NCBI GenBank assembly: GCA_963798845.1
Contig: CAWCUS010000006.1
Coordinates: 736,001 to 800,000 of the forward strand
Reading direction: 5' to 3'
Length of the DNA stretch: 64,000 bases
Source of the DNA: an uncultured Gemmatimonadales bacterium
Lineage (GTDB): Bacteria > Gemmatimonadota > Gemmatimonadetes > Longimicrobiales > RSA9
Positions within the stretch are counted from its first letter, which is position 1. Every line of letters starts with the position of its first letter. The notes under the pieces are model-generated. The model saw nothing but the letters and a program-made list of their open reading frames with translations, did no database searches and was not told where the DNA came from. The position numbers were made by a program, and so were the translations under genes. Positions 29,937 through 40,227 of the stretch are shown piece by piece.

Positions 29937-31441
29937 GACCGACGCGGCATCAGGCGCTCCTGCGCGAGCGCTACCGCGCCATCCTCGGCTACACGGGCCT
30001 GGTTCTCCTGATCGCCGCCGGCGTGATCCTGTCCACGCTCCTGGCGCTCCCGTTCTACCCCCGCGAGCTCGGCCAGGCGAGGGCGTTCCTCGTGCCTGGT
30101 GGGATCCTGGCCGTCCTTGGCGCGGCGACTCTGGCGGCGCTTCCGGCCGCGGCGCCGGGACCACCCTCACGCTGGCAGGAAGGCGCCGTCGTGGTCGTCC
30201 TTGCCTGGGCCGGGCGCTCGATCCTCGCCGCCGCCGGCGTGTTCATGGCTGCGCCGGGGCTCACGTTCACCCAGGCGGTTTTCGAGGCGACGAGCGGCTG
30301 GACCACCACGGGGCTGTCCGTCGTGGACGTGACGAAGGCGTCGCACCTCGTCCTGCTGTTCCGCAGCGACCTCGAGCTCGCCGGGCGGCGCGGGCCTGGC
30401 CATCATCATGCTGAGCGCGCTGGTGGGGCCGGCCGGCGCCGGGCTGAGCTCCGCGGAGGGCCGCTCGCGACCAGCTCGCCCCGCATGTCCGGCGCTCCGC
30501 CGCCATGGTGATGGCGCTGTACTCCGCCTACGCCATCGGCGGTACGGTGGCGCTGCGTCTGGCTGGGATGGGCTGGTTCGACGCCGTGAACCACTTCGTT
30601 CGCCGCTGTTTCCACAGGCGGTTTCTCGACGCGGCCCGAGTCCATCGGTACTGGGACAGCCCGGCCGATCGAAGCCGTGACCATCGTCCTCATGATCGCT
30701 GGGGACGCTGAACTTCCTGACCAGCTGGGCGCTGGCCCGCGGGAAAGGTGCGGACCTTCCTCAGGAACGGCGAAGTGCGGCTCCTTGCGCGGCTTCTCCT
30801 GGCGGGGCAGCGTGGTGGTGTTCGGCTCCGTGGTCGGGCTGCCCTGTACGCGTCGGTAGGAAAGGCCGTCCGCGTGACCGTGTTCGAGGTGGCGAGCGCG
30901 GCGTCAACGACGGGCTTCTCTACTGTCGGCTACCTGGACTGGCGGGCACTGCCCGTACTGGCGCTCATTCTGGCGATGCTCGTCGGGGGCGGAACGGGAT
31001 CCACGGCAGGTGGCATTAAGCAGTACCGCATCTACGTGCTCTTCCGGGCGTTGTGGTGGGAGCTCCAGCGGGGAGTATCGCCCCGGAGCTCGCTTCGGAC
31101 CCCACTCGGTCTGGGTGGGCGAGGAGCAGCGTTTCCTGGACGATCGGGAGATCCGCAGCGTCGCCGTGTTCGTGTTCCTCTACCTGGTTGTGTACGCGCT
31201 GGGCGCCGCCGTCCTCATGGGCTACGGCTACGGCATGCGGGAGAGCGTCTTCGAGTTCGCCAGCGCGCTCGGCACCGTCGGGCTGTCGGTGGGGGTGACC
31301 GCGCCCGGAGCGGCGGCGGGGGTGCTGTGGACGGAAACGGCCGGGATGCTGCTCGGCCGTCTCGAGTTCTTCACCGTGTTTATCGGCGTCTTCCGCGTGG
31401 TCATGGATGGCCGGGCGGGGCTCGAGGCGAGTCGGGCATGA
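29933..31441 (+). CDS. trkH: TrkH family K+ uptake membrane protein, multiple frameshifts
   Basis: pore loops FEATSGWTTTGLS, STGGFS, SAASTTGFS, GGGTGSTAGGIK, FEFASALGTVGLS, MLLGRLE. Confidence 0.88.
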
Positions 31442-33052
31442 ACGGGCGAGGCGGAGCCCTCGACGGCGGCACCGCCCGCCATTGGGCCTTCCAGAAGCTC
31501 GCCGGCCTGGACGGCCGCGGCCGCGCCGAGGAGTCCCCCGTCGGCCGATACGTCCTTGCGGCCGCCGGCGTGGCCGTGGTGACGGTCGCGTCGATCCTGC
31601 TTCGGCCCCACCTGGCGCTGGCGACTGTGATCATGCTCTATCTCCTCCCCGTCCTCGCCGCCGCCGCGCGACTGGGTAGGGGGCCGTCCGTGGCGGCATC
31701 CGTGCTCGCCGTCGCCGCGTTCGACTGGTTCTCGGTGCCCCCGTTCGGGACGTTCGAGGTGGCGGACGCACAGTACTTCTGGGCGTTCGGTGTCATGCTG
31801 GTGGTGGCGCTAGCGGTCAGCGCGCTTACCGCGGAGCTCCGGGGCCAGGCGGTGGCGTGGCGACAGCGGGAGGAGCGCTCCGCCGCCCTCTTCGCCGTGG
31901 CGGGCGACCTGGTGCGACTCGAGGAGCCCGCGGCCATCGACGCCGCAACCGCGCGCCACTTCCGGCGGACGTTCGGAGTCACGGCCCGCGTGCTAGCCGT
32001 GGATCCCTTCGGCGTTCCCCGGGAGCGCAACGGTGGGCCGGGGAGCGAGGCCGCGGACGGAGAGGCCGCCCGCCGGTCGCTCGAGCACGGGCGCAGCGTC
32101 GGCCCGGGGACCGGACCAGATGGAAGACGCCGAGGCGATCTATCTCCCGCTCTCCCTGGGACCCGGACCAGCCAACGATGTGGTCGAGCTGCCCGCGGAC
32201 GCCCGCCCGATTCTGCGCGACCCGGCCCGGCTCCAGCTCGCCGAGACCATTGGCCGGCAGGCCGCCGCGGCGCTGGAGCGAGGGAGGCTGGCCGCCGAGA
32301 GCCGCCGCACACAGCAGCTGGTCGAGCTGAACCGGCTGAAGTCGGAGTTCGTGGCCGTGGCCGCGCACGAGCTGAGGACTCCGCTCACGAGCCTCGGAAT
32401 GGCCGTCGAGCTCCTGGCCGAGCAGGTTGGGGACGCGGGAGTCTCGCTGGGCGAGGGGCGCGGCGAATGCTCGGCGTCGCCCTGGACGACGTTGGCCGGC
32501 TCCGCTTCCTCGTGAACGATCTTCTGGACCTGTCACGGCTCGAGAGCCGCGAAACACAGCTGGACCTGACTCCGCTGGCTCCGGACCGAGTGGTGGCCGG
32601 GGCCGTGGATCGAGCGCTCTCGGGATGGACGGGTGCGAAGCCGGACGTCCGCTCGGACGTGCCCCCGGGGTTGCCGCCGGTACTCGCGGACACCGGCCCA
32701 CGTGGAACGGGCGCTCCGCAACCTCGTGGAGAACGCGATGCGGCACGCCGGCGGACGGGGACGCGTGGTGGTGAGCGTGGACGAGATGCCGGACTGCGTC
32801 CAGTTCTCGGTGGCGGACGACGGTCCGGGGCTCACTGTGGCGGAGCAGGACCGTATCTTCGAGCCGTTCGTGGGCGGGCAGCGGGCCGAAGGGCGGGCGG
32901 GACTCGGGCTCGCCATTGTCCGCGGGATCGTCCGCGCCCACGGGGGTGAGGTGTGGGTGGATTCCGGCCCGGGGCCGGGCGCGGTGTTCAGCTTCACGCT
33001 GCCGCGGCTGGAAGCGGATCGTATCGGGGTTGTCAAACCAGGAGACGGATGA
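31438..33052 (+). CDS. second KdpD-like sensor histidine kinase (DUF4118 TM + HisKA + HATPase), frameshifted
   Basis: AFDWFSVPPFGTF, AAHELRTPLTSL, NLVENAMRH, DDGPG, GLGLAIVRGIV. Confidence 0.82.
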
Positions 33053-33740
33053 TGCCTGAGAGAAGACTGCTCGTCGCGGATGACGAAGAGAACACGCGCG
33101 TCACGCTGCAGGCCGCGCTGGCGCCGCTCGGCTACGACGTCGCCGCTGGCCGCGTCCGGCGAAGAGGCCCTCGACCAGCTGGCGCGACCTGTCGATCGGC
33201 CTCGTGCTGCTCGACCTCAGGATGCCTGACATCAGCGGGCTCGACGTCCTGCGGCGGATCGAGCAGGAGCGGCCGGACCTCCGCGTCATCATCATCACCG
33301 CCCACGGGACCGTGGATGCGGGCGTGGAGAGCATGAAGCTGGGCGCCGTGGACTTCCTCCAGAAGCCGTTCTCGGTCGAGCAGGTCCGGGCGCTGGTCCG
33401 GCATGAGCTGGATCCAGCGGAGCGGACCCGGGTTCGCTCCGAGGCCTACGAGCGTGAGGTCGCGCTGGCCCGGGACGAGATCGGCGCTGGCCGGCTGGAC
33501 GTCGCCCTCGCCCACCTGAGGCGCGCGGAAGGGCTCGTCCCCGATCGCCCCGAGGCGTTCAACCTGCAGCGGCGTCGTCGCCGAGCTGCGCCACGACCGC
33601 CCCGAGGCCCAGAAGCAGTACCGGGTCGCCCTCGAGCTGGATCCCGACGTAGCCGCACGGCCCGCGACAACCTGCACGCGTCCACCCGCCGGGAACACCC
33701 GCCGCGGGCCGCCGTCGCTCGGCTGAAGCGACCCCGTTGA
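33049..33740 (+). CDS. response regulator with C-terminal TPR-like helices, frameshifted
   Basis: LVADDE, LLDLRMPD, ITAHG, FLQKPF then ALAHLRRA..PDRPEAFNL..EAQKQYRVALELDP; no HTH. Confidence 0.8.
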
Positions 33741-33764
33741 CCCGACCCGCGGGCCGGACCGGGT

Positions 33765-33830
33765 CTTTGTGGGTTCTTCACACCTCTGCCGGTCCTCTTC
33801 ATACGTTCATCACGCTCTTGTGACCATGAT
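33765..33830 (+). promoter_or_regulatory. four-box direct-repeat promoter (KdpE-like boxes) of kup
   Basis: CTTTGTG(33765), CTTCACA(33776), CTTCATA(33797), CATCACG(33808), -10-like CATGAT(33825). Confidence 0.7.
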
Positions 33831-33897
33831 TTTATCGGTTTGCCGCCCGAGCGTGGCCCGACCGGACGACGCCCGCTTAACCCTCTGGCGAGCCAAC

Positions 33898-35868
33898 GTG
33901 AGCATCCAAGACGGACAGCACGACCTCGGCCGCACCGGCGCCGAGACCGCGGACCACCACCCCTCCGCCGATCCCACCGGGAAGCGGCTGGCGGTGCTCT
34001 CGCTCGCGGCGCTCGGGGTGGTCTACGGCGACATCGGCACCAGCCCGCTCTACGCCATCCGCGAGAGCTTCCACGAGGCCTACGGCCTCGCCCGTCGTGC
34101 CGCGACGAACATGCTCGGCGTCCTCTCGCTGATCTTCTGGTCGCTCATCCTGGTCATCTCGGTCAAGTACCTGGTCTTCATCCTGCGGGCCGACAACCGG
34201 GGCGAGGGGGGCATCCTGGCGCTCACCGCGCTGGTCACGTCCGTCCAGGCGCGGGCAGCGAGAAGGACGAGGCTGGGTGCTCTGATCCTGCTGGGCCTCT
34301 TCGGCGCCGCGCTCCTGTACGGGGACGGCATGATCACGCCGGCCATCTCGTGCTGACCGCGGTGGAGGGCCTGGAGGTGGCCACGCCGCTTCTTCAGCCG
34401 TACATGATCCCGATCACGGTCGCGCATCCTGGTTGGGCTCTTCCTGTTCCAGAGCGGGGCACGGCGGGGTGGGGAAGGTGTTCGGGCCGGTCACCCTGGT
34501 CTGGTTCGTGCACGCTCGCGGTGCTCGGGGTCTATCCAGATCGTGCAGGCAGCCCGCCGTGCTCGCGGCCGTGATCCCGCTGCACGCGCGTGCGCGTTCT
34601 TCGTCGACAACGGGGTGCGCGGCTTCCTGGTGCTGGGCGCGTCTTCCTGGTGGTCACCGGCGGCGAGGCGCTCTACGCCGACATGGGCCACTTCGGGCGG
34701 CGCCCGATCCGCCTGACCTGGTTCGCCCTGGTGCTGCCGGCGCTGCTGCTCAACTACTTCGGCCAGGGGGCGCTCCTCCTCCGCGCACCCGGCGCCGATG
34801 GAGAACCCGTTCTACCGGATGGCGCCGGACTGGGCGCTCTACCCGCTGGTCGTCCTGGCCACCCTGGCCACGGTGATCGCCTCGCAGGCGGTGATCTCCG
34901 GCGCCTTCTCCCTGGCCATGCAGGCGGTGCAGCTCGGCTACATCCCGCGCCTGGACATCGAGCACACCTCCGACGAGGAGATCGGGCAGATCTACATCCC
35001 CGCCGTCAACTGGGCGCTGATGGTGGCGTGCATCGCCCTGGTGATCGGCTTCGGCAGCTCCAGCAACCTGGCGGCGGCGTACGGCGTGGCGGTGACCACC
35101 ACCATGGTGATCACCACCATCCTCTTCTACGTGGTGGCGCCCGGCAGCTGGAAGTGGCCGCTGCGGCGCGCCGGCGGCGGCCTGCTCGGCGCTTCTTCCT
35201 GTGCGTCGACGTCGCCTTCTGGGGCGCCAACATGGTGAAGATCCCCGACGGCGGCTGGTTCCCGCTGCTGGTCGCCGCTGGGCGTCTTCATGCTGATGAC
35301 CACCTGGAACGCGGCCGCGAGATCCTGGCGGAGCGGCTGGCAAGCGCCGAGAGCCCTCCCGTCGAGGAGTTCCTCCAGCGACCTCGCAGGCCAGCCCGCC
35401 CACGCGTGCCGGGCACGGCGGTCTTCATGTACGGCGACCCGGACGGCACGCCGCCGGCGCTGCTGCACAACCTCAAGCACAACAAGGTGCTGCACGAGCA
35501 GCGTGGTGCTCCTCGCCGTCCAGACGGAGGAGATCCCGCAGGTGCCCGCGGCGGAGCGGGTCACGCTGGTGGAGCCGCTGGGCGAGGGCTTCTACAGGGT
35601 GGTGCTCCGCTACGGCTTCATGGAGGACCCCGACGTCCCGGCGGCGCTCGCGCGCGCTTCACGGCCGAGGAGGGGCTGCAGCTCGAGCCCATGCGGACCA
35701 CCTACTTCCTGGGGCGGGAGAACCTGATCGCCACCAGGCGGCGCCGGGCATGGCGCTGTGGCGGGAGCGGCTGTTCGCGTTCATGAGCCGCAACGCACGA
35801 CCGCGACCGCTTTCTTCCGACTGCCGCCCAACCGGGTCGTGGAGCTGGGGGCGCAGGTCGAGCTCTGA
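33898..35868 (+). CDS. kup: Kup K+ transporter, many frameshifts as assembled
   Basis: [86 protein letters not shown]. Confidence 0.92.
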
Positions 35869-35939
35869 GTAGGCGGACAGGGCGGAGATGCGGTAGGCGG
35901 CATCAATCGATCGCCACTGTCCCGCTCGTCCCGGGACGC

Positions 35940-35963
35940 AGGTGTGGAAGCCAAGGTGTGGAA
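35940..35963 (+). repeat. 10-bp direct repeat near the island right end
   Basis: AGGTGTGGAA at 35940 and 35954. Confidence 0.5.
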
Positions 35964-36074
35964 CCTCCCCGCGGAACACTCCGCGTTCGGTCATCCTCAA
36001 GGCGTCTTTCCCGGCCGAACAGCCAGTAACAGCGTTGAAACGTGTGATCGTCCGGAAGCCGGGAATCGCGAGGC

Positions 36075-36091
36075 AGTCCTACCGCGCCCAT
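36075..36091 (+). repeat. att-like direct repeat, copy 2
   Basis: AGTCCTACCGCGCCCAT, 16/17 match to the tRNA-Val 3' end. Confidence 0.8.
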
Positions 36092-36575
36092 ACATTTTAG
36101 AAGTTGTTGCGCCCCAATGGCTTACGCTGCTGGGGCGTATGGCGCCGCTTCTGCCGCACGGTATCCGACGATGACGTCCAAGACCTCCTGTGGCTCCGCG
36201 ATCGCATGGGCCGCGATCTCCCGGACGCCTTGACGTGACTCCAGGTACGGCGGCCTATCGCCGCGCGGACGGCGTCGGTGCGATCCGGGCCGCGATGCTT
36301 GGCCCGTAGGCACCCGGAGCGCACGGGCTCCTCGTACACGCGTGCTGTGGCGATCGGCAGCCGGCCCGTCGCACCAGCTGTAGCGCTCATCCTGCATCTG
36401 ATGCCGTGTCCCGGCGGGAACCCCGGCGAGCTAAGTCGTGGCGAGAAACAGCCGTAGAAAACTCGCCTCGCATGTCCACTATTTCGGTACAGGACGTGCC
36501 CCTATCCACCTTTTCGACAGCCGGCGTCCGTCGGCTGCATCTCAACGTCCGACAGTTCAGGGAATCGAGGGTGCA

Positions 36576-38160
36576 ATGAAGCATCTCGTTTTCGGCGTCG
36601 TGTTTCTCGCCGCCGCCATCACCGCGTGTACGGATGCCCCGCTGCCCACCGGCGAGGGGCGGCTGGTGCCGACCAGTGCGTCGCCGGCCACGGATCCGCT
36701 GAGCAAGGCGAACCGGTTGCCCGCGTCGCTGGAGCGGAAGGTCCAGCTCACGAGGGCGGATCTGGAAAGCAGGGGTTACGAGGTGGCCCGTGGGTACATG
36801 ACCCTGTGGGGCGCCGAGGACTGCAAGGCTCCCATGCAGACCGTCGGGTTCTGCTATGGCAACAACCCGACCGCGCCATACGTCCTCGCGGTGGTTCCGC
36901 AGTGGAACGACGAGCATGTGGACCAGGCGCTGCATCACGCGCTGCTCAAGGCTCAGCGGAACATGTCGGCGATCCACCGGCTGGATGAGGGTGAGGCGCT
37001 GGTGATCCTGGCCGAGATGCCGCCGCCGGCCCGGTACTTCGGGGTGATGACGAACGTCTTCACGAGGGAAGCGGAGCCGAACCCGAACGACCCGATCTTC
37101 GAGAATCCACTGATTCCGGACGAGATGCGCTCGATCCTGTTCGCAGCCTCGCCCGTGCCCTCGCGGCTGATGCTGATCGCGAGCATCGGCGACGCCACCA
37201 ACAACGTGACCATGGAGGCGCAGAGCGGGAGCCCGCCGTGGAACCAGCAGCGCTTCTTCGTCGTCACCGCCGACCAGGGCGTGGCCGGTGACGTGACCGC
37301 GGCGCTGGTGTCGGCTGGCGTGGCCACCGAGCATGTCTTCACAGAGCGCGTCGCCCCCAGCCTCATGACGCTGGGGCTCGGCCCGGAAGCGGACGACTTC
37401 ATCACGTACATGCGCTACGCGCTCCCCGACAACCCGGTGGCGGGCGATCGAATGGCGGAAGGCGTTGCCGCTCACCGTGCTGCGCGTCAGGGACAAGAGC
37501 TCGTCCCGCATCCCGGAGCCGTTCGAGCTGGCGGACTACGAGGCGCGCACGTACAACACCGACGAGACCGACGTGACGAGCGGCCTCCCTGCCGCGTTGG
37601 ATGCGTTGGTAGACGCGGTGAAGGCGGAGTGGCAGCAGCCGAGCGCGACGACGATCCGGTACTTCAGCCTCACCCGTGACTTCGACCTGATGGGCCAGCA
37701 CTGCCTCGGCTCGATTCCGAATCGCGGCCCGATGGACTGCCTCGGTGACAACCAGGACGACGAGCCCCTCATCGGACCCTCGGTCCACCTCGACGCGGAC
37801 ACGGTGCTGGCCGTGGTCGGATCGCTTGCGACCGCAACGAACAACGCGACCTACGTGAGCCTCTCGGTCAACTGGTTCCCGATGCTGGTCGGACTCCAGA
37901 ACCTGTCGGACTCCGACCTGGCAGGCACGGCCGCGGCGTACCTCGACAGCCCCGTGTCGGACTCGTTCTACGTGTACTACTTCGCGCGGGATTGCACGGG
38001 GATCGAGCACTGCCTCGAGGTGCCGCGCAAGCTGATTCCAGACGGAGAAACCATCAAGGCGATCGTGCGCAACTACGTGGTGCCGGGCTCGGCGCGCGGC
38101 CCCGACCCGGACAAGCTGCTCATGCCGCGGGCGATCCTGCTGGACGGGAGCGGCCGGTAA
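36576..38160 (+). CDS. hypothetical lipoprotein (frameshift near 37450)
   Basis: RBS GAGG, MKHLVFGVVFLAAAITA-C lipobox; C-terminal half in frame 37465-38160. Confidence 0.7.
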
Positions 38161-38261
38161 CGACAGAGCCGCGCCCGGATGCAGAATCCGGCTGCATCCG
38201 GGCGCGGTACGGCCGTAGACTCCGCCGAAACCGATGCCCACGAACTTGCTCTCGCCGGGGC

Positions 38262-39320
38262 TCAGCCCCCCGGCGCCGCCGCCAGCCGCTCCTCCAGCTG
38301 CGACACGGCCGCGGCGATGATGCTGTCCACGCCGCGCACGGTGTCGTCGCCCGACTGCTGTACCGGGTAGTCGGGCGGCAGGCCGACGCCATCGATGGCC
38401 GGCGTGCCGTCCGGGAAGAACACGCGCCAGCGCGAGATGCGGAAGATCCAGCCGTTGGGCAGCTCCCGGTGGATGGGGTTGCCCCGGCCGCCGCCCGTGG
38501 TGTCGCCCACCGTGAACATGGTGGGCACCACCCGCACGCCCATCAGGAAGTCCTCCGTGGTGCTGAAGCAGCGACGGTTCGTGAGCACGGCGACCGGGCC
38601 GACGAAGCGGGTGCCGCGCGGCTCGACGACGCCGTCGATCAGCGGCGAGAAGTCGTCGTGCCCCGGGCCGTCCCGGTACTGGTAGCGCTCGGCCACCCGC
38701 CGCCGGTCCACGAAGCGGCCGACGATGTCCGGCACCGCGTCCGTGGTGCCGCCGCCGTTGTCTCGCACGTCGATGACCAGCGCCTTCACGCCATCCAGTC
38801 CGGCCATCGCCTCGTCCATCTCACCGCTCCACGAGGCGTCGAAGCCGGGCACGCGGATGTAGCCGATATCGGCCGTGAGCAGCCCGTACTCGATGCGTCG
38901 GCTGGCGGTGCGGCGGATCGGTGGGATGACCTGCGAGCTCGCCAGGGCCGGGTCGAAGTTGGCAGGGTAGCGGTCCCACCACGCCGTGTAGCGGTACTCG
39001 CCCACCGGTGTCCAGAGGTTGACGTGGCCGTCCTCGAGGTGGTCCAGCAGTTCCGCCATGATGCCGAACAGCTCGGTGTCACCGGTCTCCGGGTCCACGC
39101 GCGGCCGGTACACCGCGTACAGCGAGTCCCAGTCAATGCCCTTCTGGCCGAAGAACGAGTAGCTGCGGTCGACCTGCGTCCACAGCAGCTCGAAGTTCGT
39201 CTCCGGATCGTCCGCCGGGTCGGGCGGCAGCAGCAGCGTGTCCACGCAGCCGCCCGCGGCGACGGCGGCCAGCGCGAACGCGGCGGCCGGGCCGAAGCGC
39301 GGGCTCCGCGGCGCGCTCAC
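38262..39320 (-). CDS. S41 family peptidase, lipoprotein
   Basis: AGG-C lipobox, LEDGHV, IGYIRV, IDVRDNGGG, CFSTTE, GDTTGG, GVGLPPD. Confidence 0.88.
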   Translation of the reverse strand: MSAPRSPRFGPAAAFALAAVAAGGCVDTLLLPPDPADDPETNFELLWTQVDRSYSFFGQKGIDWDSLYAVYRPRVDPETGDTELFGIMAELLDHLEDGHVNLWTPVGEYRYTAWWDRYPANFDPALASSQVIPPIRRTASRRIEYGLLTADIGYIRVPGFDASWSGEMDEAMAGLDGVKALVIDVRDNGGGTTDAVPDIVGRFVDRRRVAERYQYRDGPGHDDFSPLIDGVVEPRGTRFVGPVAVLTNRRCFSTTEDFLMGVRVVPTMFTVGDTTGGGRGNPIHRELPNGWIFRISRWRVFFPDGTPAIDGVGLPPDYPVQQSGDDTVRGVDSIIAAAVSQLEERLAAAPGG

Positions 39321-40084
39321 GGCCGCCACTCCAGCGCCAGCGACAGGCTCTGCGAGGCGACGACCAGTCGCCGCGGCTCCGGGTAGCGCAGGTACGACAG
39401 CTCGTGGGCCACCACCGCGTCCACCGCCGGGCCCAGGCGCCGGCGGTACGCCAGCACGTGGCGCAGCATGGGCGCCCGGACCGGGTCCAGCACCTCCAGG
39501 TCCGGCACCCGCTTGAGCCCGCTCCAAGGGTCTCGCATCGCCAGCGAAAGGACCGCCACGGCGAGCCCGCCCTCCAGCCCGCCGTCCGGACCCAGCTGTC
39601 GGGTCCAGCTGCCGCGCAGCTCCACCGGAGCGAACAGGTCGGCGAAGAGCTCGGTCGCCTGCGTGTAGTCGTGGGTGCGCGCGATGAGCTGGATGCGCGT
39701 GCCTGCGCCGGCGAACGCGACGAAGCCGTCGTCTCCGGAGCGGTACACCGCGCGCTGCCAGTCGAACCCCAGCCGCGCCTCGTGCGCCGCTTCCGACGTG
39801 TGCACTCCCGCGGGCCGAAGCGTCGGGCCGGCGTAGCCCACCTCGACGCCCCACGTGCCGGCGCGGCCGACAGAGCGGTAGCGCAGCGACACGTCCGCTC
39901 CGCCGCCGGTCTGGCGCAGCGGCGAGGCGATCACGTCGGCGATGCCCTGGTGCAGTACGCCGACGGCGATGCCCAGGCGGCCGGTGCGGTCGCGGTCCGA
40001 CCGCTGGCATACGGCGGGATGGGGAGCCAGGAATGCCGCGACGAAGGCGATGGAGAGAAGGCGGTCCGGGAGCGGGCGTGGCAT
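39317..40084 (-). CDS. hypothetical secreted, likely outer-membrane beta-barrel protein
   Basis: signal peptide, amphipathic beta strands, ends LSLALEWRP; GTGA overlap with the S41 gene. Confidence 0.6.
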   Translation of the reverse strand: MPRPLPDRLLSIAFVAAFLAPHPAVCQRSDRDRTGRLGIAVGVLHQGIADVIASPLRQTGGGADVSLRYRSVGRAGTWGVEVGYAGPTLRPAGVHTSEAAHEARLGFDWQRAVYRSGDDGFVAFAGAGTRIQLIARTHDYTQATELFADLFAPVELRGSWTRQLGPDGGLEGGLAVAVLSLAMRDPWSGLKRVPDLEVLDPVRAPMLRHVLAYRRRLGPAVDAVVAHELSYLRYPEPRRLVVASQSLSLALEWRP

Positions 40085-40227
40085 GCGTTGCCTCGGCACA
40101 AAGGACGCGGAAGTGGGGAATGACCGCAAGTTAACGCGCGAGTGTGCGCGTTTCCGGTCAGGAAAGCCCGGAAATCGTTGTGGGGGAACGCCCGCCTTCC
40201 AGATCGGGCGCTCTCGCTCGGCTTCCC

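Larger units (their letters stand above)
22727..36091. mobile_element. tRNA-Val-anchored genomic island (~13.4 kb) carrying K+ transport and regulation genes; no integrase seen
   Basis: flanking tRNA 3'-end repeats, coherent cargo, frameshift density far above the flanks. Confidence 0.7.

Noticed and set aside
33740..33898. c-di-AMP (ydaO) riboswitch upstream of kup or trk
   Set aside because: Conserved ydaO sequence elements not found by eye; the region is explained by the direct-repeat promoter
36097..36397. Short minus-strand ORFs as an integrase remnant
   Set aside because: No H-x-x-R, LGH or catalytic Tyr pattern in the frames I read
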